From: Paramecium tetraurelia
Taxonomy: Eukaryota
Direction of reading: 5' to 3'
Assembly (NCBI GenBank): GCA_000165425.1
Contig: CT868374.1
Location: forward strand, 434,001 to 476,979
Length of the DNA stretch: 42,979 nucleotides
The position numbers and the translations under genes were made by a program. Below, piece after piece: positions 32,307 to 42,979 of this stretch. Position 1 is the stretch's first letter. Each line of letters begins with the position of its first letter. The notes beneath the pieces are model-generated. The model saw only the letters and a list, made by a program, of their open reading frames with translations. It was not told the DNA's origin and ran no database searches.

Positions 32307-32953
32307 TCATTACACTAAGCCATTATAGATTTACTCGTAGGCTGTTTATTATTATTTTGATCTTTAATTTGAAGAGAGCACTAAACATAGTGTTTCAGTA
32401 GCTGATCTAAGACTTTTTTCTCCTATTAATGATTAAATTTTCCTTAAAGTACTCAAGGTAGACTAGCAATAGAAATAACAAAACCTCATCAGATTGATAT
32501 GAGACATCATTAATGAGTCGAGAAATTAGTTCGAATAAAAATAATTCAACATCCTTATCATCATTGTTTTCTTTATTGTAAAAAGCCTTTTTGAGATTTA
32601 ATGGAGCTATTCTAGCTTATTTTCTATCGTTTTGACCATGTGCGTAAGGACAATCAGTGCCATTTTTACAAAATCCTTATTAATCATATTTGCATAGAAC
32701 AGCTTGAATATTAAAGGAAGTTACTTTTATAGTTTGTTATTATGATATTGCTATCGAGTGTAGGTATCTGAAATGGTATTGGATCTAAATAAATTTATAA
32801 ATTACCATCAGGATTTCTTAGTTCATCTAAACCATGAGCAAATTAGCATTTCATCCCAAGGGAACAATTTCCATATTCATAATGCCTACATATTGATGTC
32901 TTATATAGTCGACCATTTCCATGTTGAGGGATGGTAATAATCGAGTGGTTCAT
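32307..32953 (-). CDS. Tandem CCCH zinc-finger (TTP/Tis11-like) RNA-binding protein
   Basis: LYKTSICRHYEYGNCSLGMKCQFAHG and YKTVLCKYDQQGFCKNGTDCPYAHG; three introns. Confidence 0.88.
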
Positions 32954-32967
32954 TAAATAAATTTATT

Positions 32968-33916
32968 ATGGATTTAATTTAGTTATCATCGATGATATTA
33001 AATACACTCTTATATGCGACACTATATGTGATGAGCAAATATATCTATAGAATATAGAAATAGAGTATTAGATTAATATTAACAAGAATTGTCGACAAAT
33101 GATAAATAATTGGCTAAGGCATTCCGATATCAGAGAAGGAAAATAAAAATTATAATTATGGGTTTGCCTACATTGCTGTGTTTCGCTTAAAACTATTACA
33201 ATTTATGCCTGAGATACACATAGACAGAAAAATTGAATATTTTTGAGTGTTTAAAATAATTTGATACTGAAAAAATAGGGATGGGAATTTTGACATCCTT
33301 TTATATGACACTTTTATTATACATTGGCCCTGTGTATTAAGAATTTTGGGTAACAAAATTTAAATTATATTCAGAATGGGAATCTGAGGGAGAAATTCGG
33401 TAAAATTAAGTTCAACAAATTCAGATGGGATTATTTTACAAAGATTGTTATTGTATTATTTATTCATTATAATGTAAAGACTCCTTTGATAGATGAAATT
33501 ATTTTTAGAGAATTAGTAAATAATGCTGTGAATGTTAGATATTAAAATAACATTGAGTTTATCATTTATTCAACATTTTTATATAGCCTAAGTAATAAGA
33601 AATACTATTTTAATAGCGAAATCATTGTCTTATTAATTAAAGAACGGATAATTGTCACGTTATGAATTCCTTAAAACATTTGTATTAGGATTGTATTTGT
33701 CTTTTGTCTTGGTGTAGACAAAAACAATAGCAACAGTTATCATCAATCATGGACTCATGAATTTTATGGGAAGACCGAACTTTTTGGATCTAGTAAAAGG
33801 AAAGTACAGCAATGAATAAAGATAAAGTATAATGGAATTCACTATTTTAAGAAATGATACAGTTTTATGTCCTCGGTTTCGTCGCCTTTCTAATTTTTTG
33901 TGTTTTAGTTTTGTGA
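32968..33916 (+). CDS. RCE1: CAAX prenyl protease 2 (Rce1/Abi family)-like membrane protein with degenerate catalytic motifs
   Basis: YVMSKYIY, TLLLYIGPV, TPLIDEIIFR, TFVLGLYLSFVLVQT...NHGLMNFMGRP; five short introns keep the frame intact. Alternative ATG at 32992. Confidence 0.7.
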
Positions 33917-33928
33917 TTTTATTTATTA

Positions 33929-35589
33929 ATGGATTAATATAAAATAGTGAAGAGATTGGGAGATGGAACGTACGGGTGTGTCTACAAAGCAACTAATATC
34001 AATACAGGCCAGACAGTTGCTATTAAGAAGTTCAAAAAAAAATATACGTCTTGGGATGAATGTGTTAACCTTCGAGAAGTAAAAGCATTATAAAAATTAA
34101 AACATCCTAATATCATAAAACTAGTTGAAGTATTCAAGGAGAAGGATGAGTTGAATTTGGTGTTCGAATACTTAGATAAGGATATTTATCAACAATATTT
34201 AGAAAATCAAAATAATGGAAAACATTTATCAGAAGATAAGATTAGGTCTGTAATAAAATAAGTAACTGAAGGTTTGGCCTATATGCATAAAGTAGGATAT
34301 TTTCATAGGTAATTAAAACAAATATTGTAGAGATTTAAAACCAGAGAATCTACTAGTATCAGGGGAAACAGTTAAAATATGTGATTTTGGATTAGCAAGA
34401 GAGATAAGATCTAAACCACCATATACCGATTATGTTGCTACAAGGTGATTAAAATTTCATTTTTTTAGATGGTACCGGGCACCAGAAATCCTGCTAAAAT
34501 CTCCAAACTATAACTCCCCAGTTGATATATTTGCACTTGGGTGTATTATGGCTGAATTATACACTCTTAAGCCTTTATTTAACGGTAGTTCAGAGTTGGA
34601 TCAGCTTTTTAAGCTTTGTTAGACCTTAGGTACACCAAATGTTAGAGATGTATTTTATTCAACTTGATTATTTATAGTGGCCCGAATCATAGAAATTAGC
34701 AAATGCTGCCAACATCACGTTCCCAACATATAATCCTGTATAGTTAGAAAAAGTTATTCCAAATGCGTCATCTGAAGCGCTTGATTTGATAAGAGACATG
34801 TTAAAGTATGATCCATAGAAAAGACCTTCTGCTAAATAGATATTGGAATATCCTTATTTTACTAACCATTGTTTCCCAATGATCTAATAAATTGAGAATA
34901 AATAAGAATTTCCCAAAATAGACAGAGCAGAAAGACATGAAAAACAGGAAGATATATTTGAATTACCTAAAGTCAATAACAAAGAAAATAGAAACAAAAT
35001 GAATGAATCTAATTCAAACTTTCTAGACTTATTAGAATAAAAGATGGCTGAGTATGATAGACCTGTAAAAAAAGAACTTTCAATTCATAAGAGTAGTGTT
35101 AAGGAATCTAAAGAATTTTAACCATAAAAAGACTATAGGGATTCGAATTTACCAATGATACAAAATAATTTACCTAAAGATTACTTAATTTCTAAAGACT
35201 ATAATTAGAATGATTCTCTGGATCCTAGAATTGATTCTAGAAACAAGAAGGGTTAGGCCGGATTAAAATTTTTAAGGCATAATGATCTAATTGGTGAATA
35301 ACTAAGAAATTAATAACAATTAAGTATTCAACAATCTAGATCCTATGAACCAACCAAAAGAAATATTTACGAGTTTAATTTCTTGTAAATGCCTAATGCT
35401 AAACCTACATTTCAACCTAAACTAGAAATGCCCAAATAGAATAAAAATTAGATGCTTGGATAAAATTATCCCAAATCGCTTCCAATTGCTCCAAATATGG
35501 GATATAAGTATCAACAACAATAATAATAATAACAGTATAAATTTGACGATATCTTATATGGTAAGCCTCCACTTAAATAGTATTATTGA
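33929..35589 (+). CDS. MAK: MAK/ICK (RCK family) kinase
   Basis: [47 protein letters not shown] (TDY activation loop). Confidence 0.92.
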
Positions 35590-35635
35590 TACTTATAAAA
35601 ATCTATATCTATATATATATATACAAAATAATTAT

Positions 35636-38600
35636 TCAAACGTGTATAAAATATCTTCCTATTGCTGTTAAAAACCTCTATTTATAGTCATGTGGATTGA
35701 TAATTGTGGGGACCTTATAATATGAGAGTTATTTTACCTTTCCACCTTTGAGTACAAATTTCAGGAGCCTTTCAGTTTCTTTATCCCATGTGTAGAATCT
35801 CAAATAATCTATGATGCCTAGCTTTATTTTTTTCTACTTGTTGTTAATGATCAATAAAAGTGAATAATCAACAATTTACTTCCTTAACAAAAATTTACAA
35901 TCACTCTTTTGATTAAATAAATATAAATACCTAAAATGCTTTGTCATTATAAATATAACATTCATTCTACACAAGAATCGGCTCTGCATTTCTATCAATG
36001 ATAAAATTTGTATCCAATAACACTTTGTTTACTTTCTTTTCCCATCGATTTGTTTCGCTTCCCTTTAAATCATAAACTAGCAAATCTTTTTAGTTGCCTA
36101 TACCATAATACAAATTCTCCATAATTAAATAAAACTCAGGACTACCTTTATCTCTAATCTCATACATTCCAAATATTTTACAAAGTAATGAAGGTTTTTA
36201 AGATTCATAAAAATGTCGATGCATTTATCTAAAATAATCCAGTGCAAACTCTTCAAACATTCTAAATTCCTTTTCCTCATCAAATTTCTTTACAACAAAT
36301 AGTTCATTATCTGATTTGAAGAACTTGGATGATGACTTTCCGCCACTTGCATTCCAAGATCCTGTTACACTTAGTGAATTTATAAATAAATCTAAAGTGA
36401 TTCCAAATGAGGCCCTTAAAGCTTCAAATTAAGTAGGGAAGTAGATCAATATTTTTTACGTTTTTGACTTTTTAACAGAAAATTACTAATTCCCTAAACT
36501 ATTTGCATTTGATTATTATGATAATATGGTTTTGTCGTCTTCTTGAATTTATTCTCTACTGGTTGATGGTTTCATACCCTTTACCTTATCATATTCCAAA
36601 GTAATTGTGATGTAGTTCTTTTCCTTTTTTTAAGGTATAGATTACTGTAAATTTAAATTTTAATTAGTATCGTTTGTTGCTAAGGATTCCGTTGGGAGAC
36701 TCTAATCTTCTTAATCCCATTTTCCTGATTATTGACCAGATTTGATCAACATTAGCTTACTTAAAACAATTTTCTATTATTCCTAGTCTGCCTTTTAAAA
36801 GTCTAGCTTAAATTATACTCATACTTTCATAATAATTTATTGCTTTTAGATAATTTGGATGATTTAGAGCAAATGCTAGGGAAGCTAATGGCTGACTTTC
36901 AAAAATAGCAACAAATGGAATTATTTTTCTATCCCATTATGCCACCTTCTTCTACTCCTCTATAAATTAGCACATAGGCCATTCTTTTAAAAAATTACTA
37001 AAAAGTTGTTGCTATTTATCGATTATAAACGAAGGATTGTCTAAATCTTTTACAGAATACTGAACGTTGAGAAGCTTATTTGAAGAGGTTTTGATTGGTT
37101 TGCCTCCCATCGGCGATTTAATATCTCCTAATTATTCGCTCTAATGTTCTATATCATCTCCAACTACACTATCAGAATGAATGGTCTCACATTCTTATCC
37201 AGACAAGTAACCTTAATTTATTGGAATTTAAATATCTACATCTTTTTAACTTTTGTTCATGGAATTTTTATGTTGAAATTTTTTCATATCTGCTTTTATT
37301 GAATCTCCTATCTCTTGAAATTAGATGCAATCATAAGTATAAATAAACTATTGTAAATCAGAAATTGAATTCATTCCTGAAAATTTCTCTTACCAACACT
37401 TTTCATCTGCATATTTTTCAATGTTCTCTGCATCAACTGCTTTGGATAGAGTCTTCTTTAATTGCGTTAATTAAAAAACGATATTTAAGTATCTCTGAAA
37501 AAGATCCTTTTTTTAAGTTTATATATACTCCTTTTCCCATTTCCTTAAATTATCAAGTATTTCTTAACTTAGAGTGTTTTATATTATTGAAGAAAATACT
37601 TCAACTTCTCCAACCTATATTTTCACCATTGATTCATCATACATGAATATTCTCTGTATTTAATGATTACAACTATTTGATAAGAAACTAGTTTATCTAT
37701 CATTTATGTTTGATTGATTTATTAATATGGTTTACATAAATCTAAAAAAGGAAAAATCTAAATTTTAACTAGACAATTTAACAATATTTGAACTTAAATC
37801 ACATTTGCTACATTAAATATATGTCTCTATTTTTATCTTTTTTTTTTCCCCCTTTTAATTTGAATGCGATTACTGGACAATCTTGCTGATATCCTTTGCT
37901 GTATACACATTATCCCTTATTTCATCTTCATTTGACAATTAAGAAAATTACTATGAGACTTAATTTGATAATTAAGGAGGCTCATTTGTTGATATTATTC
38001 TTCCACTTCTGTTTTTTTAATCAACACTTATTTTTATATATTTATCTCCACAATAATAAAAGGAAACATGAGCTATTTTAGGTAAATGACAGAATTCACA
38101 TTTATTGTCCTTATTTGCTATTTTCAAAATAATAAATTATCCTAAGCATACATCTTCTCCATGATAAAATACTGACTTTTTTTCTTGAGGCTTATTGCAC
38201 ATCCTGGCCATTGAAAACTCTTCTAATTTATCTCTTTGAGAAGGATGTTTAGATTTATAATCTTCCAAGCTAGAAAAATCTTTTATGTCATTAAAATTGC
38301 TTACATCTGCTAAAACATAATTTATTTTAATATATTTTAATTCTATTATGAATAAATCTTTTAAAGGAACCTTTTCAAATAAGAAGGTTGTGAAATTTCC
38401 CTAATTAGAAATTGTTTTTAATTGATTGTTTTTAAACATTGAACACTCAGTTGTTATAAAATGAGATTCCAGATCTTGATGCTTGCCTAATCTCGCACAT
38501 CCCATAAAACATTACTTTAATTTAGATAATAAATCTTCAGAGGGCCCACTTAAAGTAATTGTAGCAAATTTTTAGCATTATGAAGTTTTTAAGAAACATA

Positions 38601-39842
38601 AAGTAGAATCTTTTTACATTTCCCCTTTTTCTTAAATAGACTTTGGAAATTATTTAAAAAAAACCTTCTCACATCGGCCTACAATTTATTCCTATCGCTC
38701 AATGCAAAGTTTTAGCGTAGACAAATTTATAAATTTAGCACCCGTACACAGTTTCACTCTTTTTAGGACTTTCTTTTTAACATTAGTTAACACAGTAATT
38801 TTTTTCTTGAGGCATTCATCTAATGCAATTTTATTAGCTCCTTTTTCAACTAAAATCAAATTTGGTTCATAATTTTTATAAATTTAATTTATTGATTCAA
38901 CCAAGAGTTTTTTTTCATTTTGAATATAATCTTCTAATTAATTTTATGAACCCTCCATATCAAAATCACCTATTATAATAATAATGACAGGTTTATTTAT
39001 TTCAGATTACATTTACTTTAACGCCACATTTTTTCGAAAAATAACTCCAGGAAAAAAGCTCGTTAATTATTCATCATGATAATCGATTATTTTTATTTTG
39101 ATAAAATGATTAATATCCATAAGTTTTATGTTTAAAGAATGAAATTAAATTTCTTAAACACATTATGTAATCAATACTTTCATTTTCGATTTCCAAAATT
39201 CAATAACTTTTTCATAAGGCTTATTAGGCTAAAGTACATTTTGCAAAATGTATTCACATATTTTTTCTAAAAAATTACTACTCTTTTCCTATAAAATAGT
39301 TAATTGATCTTTAGCAATATCAGAGTCTTCAAAAAATTCTGAAATGTCATCCTTCTCTTGATTAATTTCTAAAAGTGTTTCATCCTCCTCCTAAAATTAT
39401 TAGCCTTCATTTCCTTTGACAATTATGCTTTTTGAAGAGGTAAAGGTAGCTGCAGTATCAAATTATTTTGAAGCATTTTTAGAATGAGAATATCCTTCCT
39501 TTATGATTGTACTTTTTAATGTTGAGTCTTCATTATCTACAAAGAATCCTTTGTCAGCTATCAATTGATTAATTTTATCATAACAACGTCTGCAAAATCG
39601 AATTTTTTTCTCACCTTCATTAGGAGGTCCATCTATAAAGTGGTTTGAACAACTACATTGTATTAATCAATATACTCTTAACAAAAAATATATCCACATC
39701 TTCTGCAATGATGCTTACGTCTAAATAAAGCATTAAATTTATTATCGCACATTCCACATTAATTTATTTCTTAATCTTCCTTCCACTTTTTTTTAGGAAT
39801 TAATTCATTCTTTATTATATCAAATCGTGAAGCTGATTTCAT
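35636..39842 (-). CDS. FAB1: 1-phosphatidylinositol-3-phosphate 5-kinase FAB1/PIKfyve
   Basis: FYVE (WKED...RRKHHCRRCGYIFC), CCT-like domain (GVIFRKNV, TITLSGP), PIP kinase (SGGKSSSKFF, VDYSLL, GIIDYLRFYTWDK, PTIINPHDYKQRF). Confidence 0.9.
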
Positions 39843-39981
39843 AATATTTTTATTAAAATTACAGAATATTTTATAAATTTGAAGCTAATTGCAAAACAGT
39901 CATTTATCAAAATAAGATTTGGTTGTTGATATGAATCATAAGTTATAACATCATAATAATTTTTTATTTTTATTCTATAAA

Positions 39982-41045
39982 TCAAATATGAATGGGTGCT
40001 TTACCAAACTTTTGATTAAAATATTCTAAATTCTCTTGTTGTAAGTCTTTAACTTATAATTTCAATCTCTTTATGTTCTGTAGCATCTCTTTTTCGGAAA
40101 GAGATTGCTAAGAATTAGCTCTTTGAATTTCTTAAATTCTTCTCTTGCAATGTTTTGCTAACAATTACAAATGATTTTTTTCTCGATCATGCCAAATTTT
40201 ATTCAGTTCAAATAGAAGGATTTCTAGTAGTTCATCAATCTCTAATTCATTTTTAGTTTTCAAGTATTTATCTTTGAATGCCTAAGCAAAATTGAATGCA
40301 TCTCCAGGAACATACAATAATTTATCATCCAAATTGTATAATGGATTGCAACATGAGCGATATTAATAAAATTCTCTATTGCAATTTTTGCAGAGATCAA
40401 AAGTTTTATTTTGAGGTTTTATAGGATATTTGATATTTTTAATTATTTTTAATTGGACAGAGTTGGGATTATATTAATAAACTCCTTAATTTTTTAAACT
40501 GGAGTAAATCCAAGGAGTTATGTATATATCTGGTTCTCTGCTCTCAAATGTTCTAATTCAACCCTAAATTGTGCCTCAGCTCCCAATGTTTATTAGAGTT
40601 CATCAACTCTATTTTACAATGTGTCTTTTCTTGATTTCTGTTTATCAATTTCGAATTCAATTTTTTATATTTTTTATTCTGTTCCACTGCATGCTAGATT
40701 AGAAATTGATATTGTAGCCTTTAATTTTGAAATTTCATAATTTTTTTTCTCTAATTCTTTATTAAGTTCTAAAATTTTTTTATCTTTTTCATATATTTAA
40801 AAGTTTTAAAATTGAGTTAATTAACCACTCATTTCAACTCCATCAAATGCCAAAATTTATTTATTCTATTCTTTATTGGTCATTTTTTATAAATTTAATT
40901 GATCAGTTAAAAATGTACATCTATGACTTATTGTTTCGATTTAATCATTTAGTGACTTATTTTTATATTCTAGTTTTTTATTTTCCTTCATTACTTTTTT
41001 TTTTTCGATTAGAGTTTGTGCAAGTTTCTCTTCCAGTTATTTCAT
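39982..41045 (-). CDS. Hypothetical coiled-coil protein; last gene before the telomere
   Basis: MKQLEEKLAQTLIEKK...LFELNKIWHDREK...KAPIHI*. Confidence 0.65.
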
Positions 41046-41232
41046 TAATTTATAAATAAAAATAATAAAATTAATGTGAACTAAAGTTTAATTATTCATT
41101 TGCTAATTATATTAATTTAATTGTATTATTTATATGTTTATTTATTATCATATGTCCTTTAGAGTTGGATTAAATAAATTGAAACATAAACTCATCTTTT
41201 TTTCATACAGATTTTCGCTTAAATTATCTTTT

Positions 41233-41513
41233 TAAAGTTAGTTGTCTATATCTTTAAAATTTGATATATTCATATCTTTTCCAATAATTTTTTCTTATAT
41301 TTATTGATAAATAAAATAACAAATATAGAATAGTTTCATAAAGCTGATGAATAATACAAAAAAATATGGAAAAGATATAAATATATCAAACCCTAAAGTT
41401 AGTTGTCTATATCTTTAAAATTTGATATATTTATATCTTTTCCATATTTTTTTGTATTATTCATCAGCTTTATGACACTATTCTATATTTGTTTTTTATT
41501 TATCAATAAATAT
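41233..41513. repeat. Compound repeat: 94/93-bp inverted repeat plus 51-bp direct repeat
   Basis: 41297-41390 is the reverse complement of 41421-41513 (1 mismatch, 1 indel). 41233-41283 equals 41394-41444 (1 mismatch). Confidence 0.9.
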
Positions 41514-42592
41514 CAGAGATAATATGCGGACAATATTTGTAAGGTTATGAATCCTATATCTAAATTATTAGATAAATTCTCTTGAATTTTAATTAATATA
41601 TTCTTAGAACTTATAGGTAATTAAGGGATCTCAAGTATATCATAACTTATAATAGAAAAACAATAATATTAATAATAGACTTTAAAAAATCATTGAATTT
41701 AGAGATTAATGATTTTGTTAAAATACTAAATTTTACCTATTTCCCATACTTAGAAATAATCTTCCACAAAATTAACTAAATAATAAATGTTCTATAAATT
41801 GTAAAAATTTGATTTGTTAAGATTTAATTTACCAGTATTATTAAAACTATATGATAACTGTTTTCCTTCTCAACCACTTAAGTGTGATAATATTTTAGAA
41901 TTTCTAAAAAAAATCCATATTAGGGCTTTATTAAATTACAACAATTAAGCATTCTTGCTTTAAAAAAAAAATTATTTGCCTACAATCAAATTGAGAAGTG
42001 AGATCTACTTAAATGATTATTTGAAGCTTTCAAGATTACTCATTTCTTTTTCGAAAAAAAAAACAAAATACCAATTAATTCAGTTGAGATAAACCTTTAG
42101 AAGTGATAAATTAACATTATCGATCATTTTTCATATTGTGTTATTTACATAATTTAATTTGTTGACATAAAAAAAAATGAATAGATTTAAAACAGCGTCG
42201 GAACAAATTTTAGGTTTGATTTTTCAAATGTATATTAATAATTTTATGAATGTTGAATAGATTTTAAGAAGGATTAAATTAATAAGATTGAGCCATTGAG
42301 AAAAGCCCTCAAGAATCTGAATATTATAATAAGAAAGGTATTATTATTTTTTTTTATTACAAAGCAGATAAATTATTAAAAGAGATGTTAATTTAAATGT
42401 ATGGTATTTGTAACGATAGTACTATGGTTAGGGTCTTTAGAAAAAATGCAAAAAAGGAGATTGGAGTTGGCTTAGGTAGTGCCGTTGGCGAATTTACATA
42501 GGAAGTACTAATTTGAAAAACAAGAATATAACTCCCCCAACCACAGTATTATCATTATTTGGAGGGTTGCGTTAAGATAGTAAAAAGGGGTT

Positions 42593-42787
42593 GGGGTTGG
42601 TAACCCCCCCTAAACTGAGAGAGTTATAACAATTCTCTCTATGTTATATCTCTCTCGTTTATACTAGGTACGGTTGGGGTTGGTATGAACGCGGCCCAAA
42701 AGTTGCGTCGGGTGAAAACCCGATTTTTCGCAACATGGTCCTATTAAAACGTAAGTTTTAAGAGGACCAGTTGCGAAAAGAGGGTTT
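42593..42787 (+). other. Subtelomeric array of stem-loops; candidate structured ncRNA or fold-back DNA element
   Basis: Stems at 42593-42607, 42611-42661, 42657-42690, 42708-42723 (GAAA loop) and 42725-42779 (GTAA loop). Confidence 0.6.
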
Positions 42788-42826
42788 GAGATGAATTGAG
42801 AAATAGTTGAAAGGAAAAATCTTACC

Positions 42827-42973
42827 GGGTTTGGGTTTGGGTTTGGGTTTGGGGTCGGGGTTGGGGTTGGGTTTGGGTTTGGGTTTGGGTTTGGGGTTGG
42901 GTTTGGGTTTGGGGTTGGGGTTGGGGTTGGGCTTGGGTTTAAAATTGGGGTTGGGTTTGGGGTTGGGGTTGGG
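42827..42973 (+). repeat. Macronuclear telomere, mixed GGGTTT/GGGGTT repeats
   Basis: About 24 hexamers at the window end with the G-strand pointing outward; this mixture is typical of Paramecium. Confidence 0.97.
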
Positions 42974-42979
42974 ATATCG

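Noticed and set aside
41520..42420. Possible gene or transposon remnant in the AT-rich subtelomere
   Set aside because: No sustained ORF, transposase motif or terminal repeat recognised by eye.
42661..42690. Minus-strand CCAACCCCAACC as a telomerase RNA template
   Set aside because: No adjacent ciliate UGUCA template-boundary motif seen, and the hairpin features favour the + strand.
42611..42725. Hammerhead ribozyme (CTGAGAG...GAAA)
   Set aside because: Core does not match CUGANGA and the stems are not arranged as a three-way junction.

Overview
AT-rich ciliate macronuclear chromosome end, most consistent with Paramecium (tetraurelia-type). TAA/TAG read as Gln and TGA is the only stop, introns are ~21-34 nt GT-AG, genes are densely packed, and a mixed GGGTTT/GGGGTT telomere runs from ~42827. 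The supplied ORF track uses the standard code and is mostly misleading. Manual translation with the ciliate code gives about 25 genes. Recognisable ones: Alba-domain/RDN-repeat protein, MYND-Aurora-like kinase, Myb protein, SmG-like (frameshifted), ULK-like kinase, choline/ethanolamine kinase, LamG secreted protein, HMG-box, 7TM protein, MCM4, CK1, MORN, TTC29-like, tandem CCCH, Rce1-like, MAK/ICK and FAB1/PIKfyve. There are also decayed genes (PDK1-like; possibly a mitochondrial carrier). Most notable: (i) a single ORF fusing an apparently inactive cyclophilin to a degenerate fructose-1,6-bisphosphatase fold; (ii) a gene-free subtelomere with a 94-bp inverted/51-bp direct repeat and a GC-rich hairpin array with GNRA tetraloops and G-U pairs directly abutting the telomere; (iii) an intact but catalytically eroded Rce1 homologue. 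Coordinates and intron positions are from manual reading; no searches were run.
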